This document shows positions 11,612-26,592 of a stretch of 64,000 bases of DNA, piece by piece. The notes beneath the pieces are model-generated. The model did not search any database. It was not told where the DNA came from and saw only the letters and a list, made by a program, of their open reading frames with translations. Within the stretch, counting starts at the first letter, position 1; every line of letters begins with the position of its first letter. A program made the translations under genes and the position numbers. This DNA is from Tubulanus polymorphus (taxonomy: Eukaryota > Animalia > Nemertea), in contig NC_134030.1 of NCBI RefSeq assembly GCF_964204645.1, forward strand, positions 9,699,222-9,763,221, written 5' to 3'.

Positions 11612-11764
11612 AGGGCCGTACTAAGCATTTGAATTTTAGGGGGGCAGAGAAACCCGAAAAGGGCAGTTCTAAAGGATATAACAACAATGGTTGCAAAAAG
11701 GGAAATTTTCCAGCATTTCTGGGGGAGCGACTATCCCTCTCGCCGCCTGCTAAATACGACCTTG
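11612..11764. mobile_element. MITE
   Basis: CAGGGCCGTACTAAGCA ... TGCTAAATACGACCTTG. Confidence 0.55.
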
Positions 11765-12252
11765 TAACTTGACGCCGCGACTACTCGACGTTCAGTCGGA
11801 GCTAAATGAAAATATCATGCGAAAAACCGTTTAACCTTTACCACTCCTGTATTCGCAGTCCTAGTCGCCGATTTATCGGCCAATCTACGCATAAAATATA
11901 CACTTTAAAAAGATCTTTGCCGCAAATAATGCTTTATTCAGCGCTAATGGCCGTTCGTTCGCGCAACAGCCTCGGCGAAAACAGCCCTGGTCTTGAACAC
12001 GGTGCATAACATCGTCTCCATCACCTCCATCGCTCTTTAAATGCACTCGGTAATGCACACTGCCGGACAATGAAATTCACCATAGAATATAAAGATAGCC
12101 ATACTACCCAGAGAATCCACTTTACTATTCATATTTACATCATATGCAACAAGTAGTAATGTGATTTTATGAGGATTACGCATATGAATCAGAACACATT
12201 TCAGAGCCGGTAGATTTTGCAGTTTCGTCATGTAATATTCACTTAATGAAAG

Positions 12253-12700
<448 letters not shown>

Positions 12701-13454
12701 CATGACAATCTTTATTTTCAGTGAAATTATAACATAATATAACACTTAGTTTTATGGGTACATAATCTAATAGATATGTAAATATGTTACAGAAGTTATT
12801 GTATCAACGAAGGCGCTCGAAAAGCAAAATGCTTGTAAAAAGGGTCACCTCAACGCACCCCTACAATCACACATTAAAGATAAATATGTCTAAATGATAC
12901 TGGAATGACGAATAAGACTTTAAGAGGAACGATTCATTAGTTTATTCATCGAAATCAAAACTAGAAATCAAATCTTCGATTGCGGGGTCTTCGCTTCTAC
13001 AGCAGGTCAAGACTGGCGTTCATAGTCTAATATAATCTCAACGAGCTAATGTAGTAGATAAGGTCGAGATGCCCCCGTAGGCAAACTAAAACTTTCCGCA
13101 GGATTGAGAGAGAAGTGCTCTTGTGGACTCGATTAATGACAACGAGTGGGCAAGCTTCGCCAAGGGTCGAAAGGATGGCTGCTTAGAGAAATGATACTCC
13201 AACAGTAAGAGCTCGACAATTTATCATACGCGTCGCTCGGCGAACTTCAGTTGAACCGCTCCATGGCAAAACGAATCCTTTAGCTCATGAATATGCAGAT
13301 ATGAAAATGAGCGTGATTTTATGAGAAAAGTTCGTTCGAATGAGGTATTCACAAAACTAGCTATCCCGACAGATGACCTGACGAGCAGTGAGTCATCCGT
13401 TGTCAAAATTAGTTCATTTCCAATGATTTTGAACCGGATTTTTTTTTTTACTCC

Positions 13455-13693
13455 TGAATCCATATATTATCACAGCACCCACCAAATATACAATACTTGC
13501 ATTCTTCCACTCAGATATCGATATAGTTTTCTCTTAGATAATTGACTCATTTAATAGAAAAGTTCATTTAGGTTTGATTGAAATGTAGAAGAAATCGAAC
13601 GCGGACGACCAATCTAATGGCATAACTGGCGGATCCTCGCCTGCCAAACGCGGAATCCTCGATTACCACAGTAGCACTGCGGAAACCCCATTG
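13455..13693. mobile_element. MITE family A copy (partial)
   Basis: GAATCCATATATTATCACAGCACCCACCAAATATACAAT is identical to about 3073-3111; right TIR GCGGAAACCCCATTG. Confidence 0.7.
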
Positions 13694-16600
13694 TTCTTCG
13701 ATGAGCTGTGTCTCCGCCGCAAATATCATCGGTCATAACACCACCGACTGTAACTAGGATTTACGATAATTTTTCCTTCAAGACCAATAACGATTTAGAC
13801 AATACGATCCTAGTTTTTTCATATATCGAAATCAGCATCCTTTTTATACCACAATGTCACCTTCAAAATTATGGAAGTTTTCGCCAATGATCTTGTTTCT
13901 ACCTTTTCGGATAGACTTTGCTGAAAATCCGGACATCTTAATAGCTGCGATGTTATCACTGTTTCTGGTGGAATGGTCTGTCGAACTTTGATTTTATAGA
14001 ATCGTATGCCTCGCCGATCAATTGCCTTAGATATCTAACTACAGCCTATTGGCTCGCGCTGTATCCCTCGGAACCAACATCATGTATAGATATTTAAAAA
14101 AAAAATTGTATCGATTATCATTTATATTGTATGTACGGTTTACAAAAGACAAATATCTATCTATCAATAATCAATACAAATCATCGCTCATCATTAGGAT
14201 AATCAATTGTTTTTTTTCGCGGCTTCGAGGGTTTAAATTAATCGTAGAAACCTATATAGGCGTAGTCTGATCGAAATACGTGTTTGTCAATATTCAAGGA
14301 CACTAGAAATGGTGCCGTACAAATGCTAACGTCTATCTATGATAATCCCCTTTTCGAAACCAGGAAATGATCAGTGGGTCGTTGAACTGATGATGTGATT
14401 TTCTTCCAACGAAATAAAAGAAAAAAATTCAATGCAATAAACGAGTCGATGATATGTGGAAAATGTTTGAATTTCTCGGAATATAAAAACTTCGCCCTCC
14501 ATCTGTGTTTTACAAATGTAGGCAGTATTTGCCTGCATGTAACTTTACACACACGCATATGTATCATGTATTTCTCCCCGATACTTGTCGCACATGTGGT
14601 ACCTAACTGGTAGTCAATCGGCCTACACCACAGGCACTCGAGGCTAACGGCTTGCCGGAATTTTTCTATAGTGTATAATTCCTGTTTTAAAAATTGCTGG
14701 GATAGCATCTGAGAGCACCTAAAATTCAAAATTTTTGCAAGGAAGGAGCGCCAACAACACCCTACCCCCACACCAGGGCGTCGGCATTTAGCTACTCTGG
14801 CGGATCAATATTACTTTGAACATTTCTCGAATTTGACCCCTTGATCCGCCACCGATTTACGAGATCAAGTCGCAAGATCTCTCATCTCTGAGATGCTTGA
14901 CTACTGGCTGTTTACTCCTCCTCGGCGACAACAACAGTCGACTATAACTGCGGGCGCTAATGAATCGAGTCTCCTGTTAATCAGAGTTAATTGTGCTCTT
15001 CGCAAATGAACGACCCTTTGAACGTTCGTCTTGGCGTAAAGAGCGAATGCTTTATGGCAATAATGCTTATCCCAGATATGACATAAAAATGACGAAGCTG
15101 AGCTCACAAAGCATAATGCGATTGTTGAATCTATGAATATTGTCGTGTTTGATATCGGAATATATCGACGAAGCAACGCCCTGAGTGGAAATGTCAGGTC
15201 ATAATTGAATTTCTTGTCTAGACTGTCATTTAAGACGACGGTTACACGCCTTCCCATATTGGCGGACAACGCAATGTTACGAAATGTCCACCGATGTCCG
15301 GATATACAAAGCCTGCAACTCGTGTTAATCATCTGGTAAATGTGGCCAGTCGAGGTAATTACTCATGCTTACCCTTCTACATCCGCCTAAACATACGATG
15401 CGTAATGTATTATGCATTATAGGTATTGAATTCAAGATACGGTCACAAAACTTAAAACCATGCAGTTGATTTTTTTTGCAGTTGATCTATTACTTATATT
15501 TTGTTTGATTTACGATTTAAGAAATAACGAGTTTGACTCTTAATTCCAACTGCGGTGATCGCTATTAGTTTATATACAAAACTAAAATGAGAAAGGTTTT
15601 CCTATAAAAAAAAGAAAATAATCGTGGATTCGACATTGATTGCCAAAGTGTTAAGAAGCACGTGGTGGATTTCCCAAGATAGTGACGGAGATGAACGTGG
15701 AGGTTCATTCAGCGTACCACGTTTACGAAGTTTCACACCGGATATCGATTTCAAGGGGAGGTACCCCATTTTCGAGATATTTGTCATCATAGTATAGATT
15801 ATTGCAGTTCCCTGCTAAAATGAGTCGACGAGGCTAAAAAATGATACCTTGCTTCTCCCAATTGGCCGGGCTATTTTATAAATGGTAATCAAATTTGTCA
15901 TATAGCTGGCGGTTGTGGCTAGTTTGATCACGATTTCAAGAAGAAAGATTAATGTACAGGGTAGATAAGAGATCGGTCGGATCAACATTTAAGCTCAGCA
16001 GAAAGGAGAAAAAAGATGATAATAATAACATTTATTTACATACCGCATTCCGCTGCGTATTAGAGCGGTTTACATATACACATCATCGACATTTCAATGA
16101 AATGTTGAAAAAAAGGTAACCTTTCACACCGGACTTAAATTCTTCAAAATTTGTACGGGTATTTTTAGCCTATCATGATGTCCCGAAATTAGTTCATTTT
16201 CAAGTAACTTTGATCTCAATTATCGGTCTTCTAATCCAAAAATTGGGCAAATCACGCATCGAAATGAACTTTGATTAGTCTTGAAAGTTCATACGTGCCA
16301 CGATTTAGCATAGAATTTGAGAAATTATTGTTAGATTGTTATTGGGTTTGGGTTTCATTGTACACTAGCGAACCCGGGCAGATTATGGCTTCTGCTTGCC
16401 ACTGCAGCATTGCCGGATGGGAAACGCGCGTGTACATTCCACTCGGCTACGTTCGGATAGGCAATTATTACGAAGACCGATACGTCATCAAGATTTATCG
16501 TGTCGAAGCCAAAAGTCGAATTCGGTGTGCCAGCGATAATCCACACGGCCGAGCTTAATTCGGGGGCGCGCGGGGCGTCGCTGCACTATTTAATTGCGAA

Positions 16601-16853
16601 TCAACTTCGATAAACTCAATTTCAATTTCACCACCGCGGCTATGCGCGCGATATCACGGGCAGTCTGCGCGATAGCAACCGATTCGTGTGTGAAGAAGTG
16701 AATGTACAATATGTAATCAGAATTGGACGCGGAACTAATTCTCGGATTTAACGCTATGCGCATATTCGCCCAAGTTAACAGGGAATGATACTGACGCTAG
16801 ACTGATATTTCCCTTAATATTAGATGTGATATTATTACATTTATTGATACGAT

Positions 16854-16969
16854 ATATCTAGTTTTTTTTTTGCTGAGAAATTCGAGATTTTCGAAAATGG
16901 CTACGATAACGGCGTCGTCGGCATGGTCTTGTCGGAATTTCGAAATTTTTTAGCAAGAAAACTAGATAT
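16854..16969. repeat. Inverted repeat or MITE
   Basis: ATATCTAGTTTT..TTGCT ... AGCAAGAAAACTAGATAT. Confidence 0.6.
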
Positions 16970-17658
16970 TGAATTGACATCGTTTGTCAAACTTTTTTGC
17001 CAGACTTTTTCGCCAGGGATAGAAAAAGTCAACTACTCGAAATGGGAGTTGAAAATATCATACCCATCATAAGATTTCATACCCTTTTACAGAAGGTCAT
17101 GCTTTGTCTTTTTGCAACTTCATAATATATGATACATATATATTGTACTTTAAAACAAAGCCCGTTGGAAGGCCACTACACACTCGCGAAACTGGTCAAC
17201 GTATGCGGGTCTGAGAGATTTATCGTCGTAAATGACAATGTAAATATCTCTCGTTTGCACCAGACGCATTACGACTTAGCCTCCAGTTATAGATTGAGCA
17301 TTACGGTGGTCTATCATTGTAAAGGGTCACATATAAAAATGTAGATCCCCTAAGGTCACGACGGAATGGAATCGATTGTGATAACCGCCGAGCCTGGTCA
17401 TCGGGGATGAAGAACGCGATCTAAAAGGCAAGTGTGTCACAGTTCGGACTAGTCTTCGTTCTTCTTGGTGTTTTTAGAGGCCGGTAGCGTTTCTTTGATT
17501 GAAGGATTGAATCAGGTTGGCCTCTTTAGGCTCTGCCGCGGCGAAAACGGCCCCGGTTCGCATCTTAATAATAATGGTAACCTTGATAATTGTGTGACGT
17601 ACAGGATGCCGTATCATTCGCAGGCGTAGTGCGAGTTCGTAAATTTCTGATTTATCAT

Positions 17659-18142
17659 TTTTTCACGCCGTAAAAACCGTTACAACAACGTTTTTATACA
17701 ATGACTATGCGTTGCATAAGGGGATCTGTGCGAGCCGGCGTACGCCACGTCAATGTTGACACTTCAAAAGTAACCAATGACAATTGTGAATTTTAATCGT
17801 AGCGTTCATTTTGTTATCAGAATCTATTTCATGACTTATATTTTTATGCAATAGATTTGCATATGTCTTTATAATGATGAATTTTGGGCGGACGTACACT
17901 ACATCATCAATGTTGGGGTTAGACTGGTTACCGGTCAATTCAATTCAATCGTCGATATATTCAAATTCAATTAATTAACTAATTGATACTAAACACTTTA
18001 TCATATCATTCATTGTCGATAATTAATTGATAAATTAATATCAAACACTATATTATATTATTCATTGTCGATGATATAAGGCAATAAGTGTGTATCATTA
18101 TTCTCCTAGACGTCAATTAATGTTCAAGTTAGTTTCCTTGTT
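17659..18142 (+). mobile_element. Helentron-associated non-autonomous element (HINE/DINE-1-like)
   Basis: 5' TTTTTCACGCC, subterminal inverted GACGTCAA, then a short hairpin and a CTTGTT end; colinear with other copies in the window. Confidence 0.65.
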
Positions 18143-21100
18143 TAGGTTGGGCATAATAAACCGCGATACTATTTGCGAAAATGCATTTCCAGGTACCTGC
18201 GCATTGGCTGTGTTTGACTGTTGAACAACTGACAATCAAGTGAAGCAAGGACGACGAAACGCTTTCGCTAATAAAACAAAATGACGAGCTGTCAGTAATT
18301 AAGTCAAGTGCACCGAGAGGCCGTAAAAAGATACCGTTAATGACGACGAAGATCGTTGTTCGTTGATGCTTTCAGAGACTCGATAAATCGACCCCGGCTG
18401 CACTGGCGAATATAAGAGATTTTTACGACGTACCGAACTTGTAAGGACTAATTTCTGATGTTGCTGTTGTTAAAAGCAATCTACTACACGCCACCTTCAC
18501 CGTCCAGTGCCCTCAATTGAAGACACATATAAGTAGGTTCGACTTCTTGCTCTTGCCTTTTTTAATCTTCTTATTCTTAAAGCTCGCTCGTGTATATGCA
18601 CGCGTGTAAGCGCTTTTTCGACACCACAAGCGCTTTTTCGACACCACCAGAGGACGACTCCCCTTCTTTGAGTTCCGCATGTTCCCAAGTTCCGCATTTT
18701 TGTTCTAAATTTTGTTTTTTTCACATCCAAGAAATGTCAAGAATAGTTTGCCTTGAAGATCCAGACACCTCCCCGCCCAGCTTCAAATTAAGACTTTTAA
18801 GAACATTCAACCAATTTCAAGGATTCAGAAATGCTCGTTTGCCTTCGGCGCTCGGCGGATACGGTTCACGGCATTTCAGACCCCCTTAAAAGAATCCTAG
18901 TGTCGACGCCCGTGGAAATACAAATCGGAAAAGGGAACATGGAATTCGATTGTTTTGAGCACCCACTCACTTTTATTAAGCAAAGCGATGATAGCAGAAT
19001 ACGCGAGTTATCACTTTGCCGCTAGTGTGCGGGGGCTTTGCATCTATCTCGCAAAATAATAGTGCAATTCGCAAAAAGCGGATAAGTACTCGCGCGCAGG
19101 AATTGAAGGCACACTTGAAACGAAATGCGGGAGGGACAGCGAAGTACATAGTTTCACGGCGAAACTGCCAATTCGTTCGCAATAACACATTTCAACGGCA
19201 GATTTTTATGTTCGAGTACTAACGAAACGAGGCGTTTATTGTGTTTCCCATAAATATTTCATTTGGTTGATATTACGTTTTTTCTTTCTTCTAAAAGGTC
19301 GTTAAGGTCTGCGGACAGATCCCTCGTTAATCTAAGTCGTGCGTTAATCGGCGTGTTGATTGCCAGTTACTACATGACGCGTCTATTAGGAATTTGTTCT
19401 TAAATTCGAAGTTGTATCGATCACTTTTATATTCGAGAGCGTCGAAATAAATCGGAGGAACGACCAAGGCAGTAAGTTTATATAATCGTGGACTCTAGTT
19501 ATAAACCATGGTTTAATTGTTGCGATGAATTTCTATCACGAATTATCGATGTTTGATTAGGTTCCAATTGGATGAATGAATGAATGATTATAAACCTGAA
19601 TTCCTCATTTATCCTGACTATATAGCAGGTATCGTTTGGGGGAAATGGCGTTGATTCCACAGAGGGTGGAAGTGATATAATTTAGGAGTGGCAGAGGAAC
19701 GATTTTAAGTGACTCTTCTCCATCAGTTAAATGCGTTCACAAGATACTCGGTGTTAATTAATATTGCTTTCACTCGCTTAGTCAAACATACATGGAAAAC
19801 GGTGACGCAACTATAGTCGTGTTAATTATCGGGTTAATGGGTAATTTTGAAAATAGATATGGTAGAGAAATACCATCCTCGCTTTGCCAGGGGTCCGGTA
19901 TCGCTCCCGAACTCGCTTCAACCAGCTCCAGTCTAGCCTCACTACGCGTGATTTCGTTACTGGCGCATGACGTAATATATCGCTAAAACGTTCGTTGATC
20001 GGTCCATTAAACGGGAAATCAGACAGAAGCCCAAAGTCGTTTGTAACAAGCCCTGCGATTGGTACGACCGGATTCTGGTCGGCTAGTAACGACTCCAACG
20101 ACTCGCGAGGTCAAGGGGTCCGGGGACGGCTTGACGGGTGAAGATTAAAACTATCATTCCCTCGTTGAGTTCGCCACAAAATTTAAATAAAATCGAAAAT
20201 GCAGATTTCATGTTCAAATTTGTCAATTATCGGAACCATATCTACCAAAAGAAATCTTCAGAATCCGTGAATTGTGTATTCAAAATGATATCAAAGAAAT
20301 ACGAAAACTGTTTTTCGTTTTGTTGCGCGATGCTGGTGTGAACCACACCTGTTTATTTGATTAAACGTCTACTGCTGGCATATTAGGCCTAAAAGTTCAA
20401 GTGTCAACCGGTGCGATGTTGGGGTGAACCTCAGCCTTTTGAGTGCACTGTCGTAGGAAACTTCGTCCGTAGTAAGTCAACTTGGTCTGATCCCTTACGC
20501 TAAAAAGTCAAGCATAGAGGAAAATATCAATAAAAAATCGAGACAACAAAATGTGATAATCGAGTCTCACTCAGTCGCGACACGACTGGATGGTTGCAAA
20601 GCAAACGCCCGCACCGAGACAACTTGCCGAAAATAATCCCTCGGTGTCCAGTGGCATCCTTTGCGTATAAAGTAGGCGAATTCGACGTCCAATTCAAAAC
20701 ATTAGGCTTAAAGATGGTACCATATTAGTCCTTATCGGCTGGGTCACTTTTGTAAACCGCAATGAAATTTGTAATCAGTTAATTTCTAAAGCTGCCGGGT
20801 ATCATAATGTTAGCCGTGTCGTGATGTATCAATTTTCAGCCTTATTGCTGTGTGTATCGAATATCGGATCGTATATACGTCGACATGTTGACTTTCAATC
20901 ATTACCGAGTTCTATCGTGATTGAGGTTGGTGTACGCGCGATCTAGCGTTCCGCATTCGACCGCATTTAGTGGCTCGTCGACATCTCAAAATCACTTAGA
21001 GAATCTTGTCTTGCAAGTAATGCGTGTCAACAGCAAAGCCTGCCAACGACTTACGAGTGCATGACGTGTGAGCCACGGAATGCATCGACGAAGTCTATGC

Positions 21101-24100
21101 ATGCGCAACATGTTTAGACGCCTCGATCGAATGTGACGTTTTTCGCCCGGCCTTTGTTACTGACACTCCTTTCTTAAAGAATCTTCTGCAACGGTCGATT
21201 TGCTTACGAATAATTCGTCGAACGCAAGATCAAAAATCGTAAACTTCTATCATTTTCATCAAGTTGGTTTTCAATCGAGGGATCTATGATCCGAAAACTC
21301 TGGACGTCGGTTCAGTAATGGATTCTTTTGTTCGGTCAATTTACCCGCCAGGTGGTGTCGTTGGTCAAGTCCAGGGGTCTTTACATTCTAAATATGCTCC
21401 AACGCTGTGGCGCTGTCGCTAAGAAATAACTCCGAAGTACGCAAGCGTATTTGGCGTCAAATTGTTCAACATTATGATGACTTGATCGTTAAAGTATGGC
21501 AGGGCCTTGACGAAGACGATGACGAAGAACGCCTGATGATCAATATTGTATCTCGTATTATAGCCTGTATTTTCATAGTTCGATTGACGAATATCCAGTT
21601 TGTGCAAAAAGTACGATAAAAGTATGATTTTAGATCATATCATTACGCAATGAAAAGCATCTAACAGAAATCCGATTATCAAATATAATGTAGAGCACAG
21701 TAGAATGGACCAACTGTTACCTTTTGGTTTCATATTCGCATAATTCAATCTAACGACGAAACACATGTACTCAACCCGGCACGTAGTTAACATCATAAAC
21801 AAACTCAACATGGTTCCCGCTATCCACTGCGCTGACCAAGCCGCCCAGTTTCACGGGGCATTGATTACAATGGATTCTATAATGAAGTCATAAGCAAATC
21901 GGGCTCCGGGAAAGAACGACCAGACACACGTTTATAGTGGTGGCAAAACACCGCTGTATATCAGCGGTAATAAAATATATTTTCCTCGAAGATATAGACA
22001 CACCTGTCGATATTAGTATTTATGTTCCGACGGTTTATACAACAAAGCCTGACGTAAAGGAAACAATTAGTTTAAAGGAAAAACAGCTGCCTAGCTATGC
22101 TTCAACATGTCGAAGGGCTTTTGTTCTCTCGTTCGAGAACAGCCCGCTAAACAATTATCTCCAGCTCGTGCGGTGTTTGTTTTCGGTAGCAAACGATCTA
22201 AAAATACGATCAGTTTGAACTTGTTGAAAAAGATATTCAAATCAGGGCCGATGGGATACAGGTCGCTTGAACAACGATGGATCTCAAGAAGTCGGCCAAT
22301 GTTTAAAGAACAACACACATTAGTGTGGAGTAATAATGTGATATTTTTAATCTTACTGATGTTGCTTGTGAAGTCGCTGTAAATTTTAAAGCTTCCCCTT
22401 CCGCTGGTGGTGTAATCCCTTTTCGTACTCACGTCAATTGAAAATATAGAGGGGAGCAGAAAAAATGAGATCAAGATCATTAAAATATCGCAAAGGCTTA
22501 GAAAGGAGCGCTATTTCGTCTCGTATCATCGCAAAGTGAAATAATCCCCTGAATGACGATGTAAAGAGCCGATTGTATGCTGCAAACGTAGATGAAAATT
22601 ACTATGTTCCTCGTCGTCATAATCATCTTCGAGAAACAACCTTCGACATCCAAGAAGCGCATCTCTAAACTGTATAGCTTTGCTAGATATCCAAGCTAAT
22701 GCAGGAACGTTAAACGATAAATTGATATATGAAAACTACTACATTCTCTAGAAGTACCTAATGTGCGCAGTATTAAGGAAAACGAGTCGTTTTTCAAAAT
22801 CATTTTTGTTTTTACGGGAGGACCCCTAACCGCCTTTAATGAGCTGATCATTGAGCTATGATTTCTAGGAATATAGTCAAATTCACCCCTGGATTTTTTT
22901 CATGGTTTAAAACTTCAGATTTCGACAAGAAAATGTGTGAGCGTGTGCGCGCGCGATGTAGAGTACTAAGACATGATACATTTTACGCTTAAACATTTAC
23001 ACGCCGTTGTGTTTATAAGTGTACTTTTTTTCCTGTATACCTGAAAAACCTTTATTCACTATTAGCTTCCACCATTAAACAACAATTCCCCGTTTCATCG
23101 GGAATGCGTATACCTCTGATGACAATTAGGGAAAAGAGGATGATGAAGATGATATTAATTGTCGGGGAAGGTCACCAGCGAATGAATTCTTAATGGCGCC
23201 ATATTTTCCTCTACGGCAAGAATCTTTTTAATGTTCGCTAATTGCAGTCGAAGCGCCGGGCATATCGTATTACATTTCGGCCGCACTTACCTATACTCCG
23301 TCGGCGTAATTGAGATTCGACGACGCACTCTTCAGTATAAAACCGTATAGTAATAGTTCGAGGAAAAATTACGACGGATTTTTTTATTGTTTTACTCACA
23401 CGCAAGGTCGGGCGAATAATTGTTACATGGAATTTTGTGTAAGGGTTGAAAATGATACCTCGTTTATCCGAATCGGTCGGGTCATCTTGTAAATCGCAGT
23501 AATATTTGTAAAGCCCGAAAACGGCACCGAAAAATACGTTTTTTTTTAAACGTGTGTTATGTTTTGGCGAAACAAATGTTATTCTGTGTGCGGCGGGCTT
23601 AATCAGTTCATTTCTATGATCGTGATAGATAAACAAATAATTTACAGGATAAGTAATATATGTACGGGTCAACACCTAAGGTCATCGGAAAGGAGGAACA
23701 CTGGGTATCAATTTTTGGCTCAATCACGTTTAACGTTAGACAACGCAAGCGATTTTATGCAAATTATTCATTGTACAATCCATCTATCTATTTACACGCG
23801 ATATTAACTCGCTCGATGCAATAATGAAAACAGCGTCAATTTACAGTGCTAAGTTGATCGAATTGTTGACAATCGAGAGCAATCGAATTTAGGTGATTGA
23901 GTCAATTACTATATGCCGTTGAAGTTCGATCAAAACCCGATAGCCCTAACCTCGAATACAATGATTAAAAGCCTATAATGCGGCAACTTTGAATCGCTTA
24001 TCACCCAACGCGTGTGCTTCCGCATTTTATGATTTCGATTTATGATTTACGATTTCGAATACGGCAGCATCGATGGAAAATGGCTTGATAAGCCACGATC

Positions 24101-24271
24101 AAACGTGGTGAGTTGACGATAAAAATCCACTTTTTACAGATTTTAAAAATGTCAAAAACCGCTAATCTATTGAATGAAAAATTATATCAAAAGACACGAC
24201 GAGATCCATCGCAAAGTGCGAGGGATAACTTAAGATAACTTAAGAACACGGAATGTTTTATATACAGGGGA

Positions 24272-24735
24272 GGATTCTAGGACAATTGCCCCCGGACAAC
24301 TAACCCCCGGACAATTGCCCCTCGATAATTGCCCCCCGAATAAAATCCTTTTTTGATTTAGATTAACACCACCTAAATTCTTTACTTAGAAATTCATTTG
24401 TATATTATTGAATATAGATTTATAAGATATAGAATTACCGATGTTGTGTGCAGATCAAAAACTTTAAATCAGTTCTTGTGTATTTATAATTCACTTACTA
24501 AATTAAAGGAAACTTAATAAGTCCACTTATAATTGCATTAGTTAATGTTGGCTGAATTATTGGAATTAGTTTTAGTGTTACTTTAGCCAATCAAAAACTT
24601 TAAAGCAGTCCAAGAGTAATTAGCTAGAATTAGTTTACTTTGTCTAATTAATTTGAAGTAAAATATCCGTGCTACATTAAAAAGATTAAATTTGGGGGGG
24701 GGGGGCGATTGTCCGGGGGCAATTGTCCTGATACC
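24272..24735. mobile_element. Non-autonomous DNA transposon with tandem subterminal repeats
   Basis: (GGACAATTGCCCCC)n at left, GGGGGCAATTGTCCTGATACC at right, AT-rich core; imperfect flanking CAGGGGA / CATGGGGA duplication. Confidence 0.7.
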
Positions 24736-26402
24736 CATGGGGAGAACAGGTAAGTTTCTGAATAAGTAGGAAGGAAAACTGCCTTAAAAGTACGGAATAT
24801 TGACCCAATAATAAGATGAAAATCTACTTTGATACAGTATTACAGGGTTGGAAATCGAGAATGTATTCAAATAGAAATAGAAGACACAACGATGTTTCGA
24901 ACTCACACCAGAGATCATCGTCAGGTGTGTCTCAGGTGCGCGATCGAAACGTCGTGTCGTGTCTTTTTTATTTTTGTTTGAATAAATCATTGATTTTTAA
25001 AAACTTTTAATCTGTATATAACGGGATTTAATCCCATTATCTGCTCTCCACGCTTGAGGGTGTTCATTCCATTATTGACCCGTTGAAACGGTGGACTAGT
25101 AGCAGTAAGGTACGGAGTTCGAGATGGCAAAACGGCAACGCCAACGCGTACGTTTAAATCGATACGGAAGCCCATTTGGGCAACAAAAGATATTCCTTGA
25201 TGTATTCATATTTCGGGGTCTAAGAAATATATCTATAGGTAACATACTACAGAATAAAGCCTAATAAGAAAACGACCTCATCGGCCGAGGCCGACGTTTT
25301 ACTCATACTATAGAATTTAACTAACCTTCGTCAATCAGGTATTCCGATTCCATTTCGATTTTGACTAAACGCTGTTCGCTATTTCGACATGAATTCCGCA
25401 CAGTCAAACAATCAACACGGCGCGTATGTATAAATCCGCGCGAAGGAAAAAAGGTGATAATAATCTTCCCGACTATGATAGAATAAAGAAATAAGCCGCG
25501 CTAACGCGGGCATTATCACGTATCATCGGCGCGATAATCAATCTTAATCGAAGCGCTTTCGTATCGAAAAATCCGCGCCCGTCATACGACGACGGAGCAT
25601 TCGTTTAATTGCGGTTAAACCCGCATCGGATCGGCGTTACCGCGCGGTATCGCGCCGTTCTGTGGAGTCGATCGGCAGTAGCCTACGCCGTATCTGATGC
25701 GTCGATCAAAAGCCGATTTCTGGAACAAGAGGACGATACCCCGCGGCGCTATCAGCTCTTCGCTCGAAATCTGCCGTTGACATGAATATAACGAATTATA
25801 TAGTTATCGTTACGTCACTCGTTGTTAATCAGTTCTTACGTGTGTAATATTGGTTTTAGTGCGCGGTGTATATCGCGTCGTTTAGATGGCGTGAATTGGC
25901 GGCCAACGCGATTACGTATAAATCCTGCGACAAAAGGTCAACTGAAAGTCGTGGTTGCGCAGCGTCCGATGGAATCCGATTATTATTCAATTGTTCATCG
26001 ATGTAACACTATTTATTAAGCGTTCGCAGTCGATGGCGTGATAGATATTGTTTTGTAGAAGGGTCAATGGTTTCAACAAATGACATGTGCGCTTTAACGC
26101 TTTCATTTAACTCGCGAACGCCCGACTTCCGGTCTAATTAATTACCTAGGTTACGTTGTACCGTACTGTTAATGCGTGGCTAATTGTATCGTGATGAAAT
26201 TGATTGATACTAAAAGCATTTAAGCTTTGGCGCTTTGCGGTCATTGCACAATCAATAGAAGTCAATTGAAAAAATACGTTATAGTACATTACATAAAAAA
26301 CTCGGTCTTTTAGTTTACGAGCAAAACGTGATCTTATTTTGCGGTAACAGCCTAGTGTTTCACTAATGCAACATCTTCGCAAGACACACTGAGCGACACG
26401 AA

Positions 26403-26592
26403 AATGGGGAACCCGTAAACCAGCGCACTGAGCGGCACAAAGCTATACTACCAGATCAACATGAATGACTGATTCATTTAAAAGAAAGGTTAATTCAGAT
26501 TTAACTGAAATGAAGTAGAAATCTACTAGCGAACCTGGCGGATCCTCGCCTGCCATACGTGGAATCATCGATTGCCACAGTAGCACTGCGTA
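26403..26592. mobile_element. MITE family A copy
   Basis: AATGGGGAACCCG ... GGATCCTCGCCTGCCATACGTGGAATC..TTGCCACAGTAGC. Confidence 0.65.

Noticed and set aside
21407-22480. ORFs of 62-129 aa, representative of the many short ORFs between 11 and 64 kb
   Set aside because: No recognisable domains or consistent splice-phase chains, and the lengths are expected by chance; small or non-coding exons cannot be excluded without RNA data
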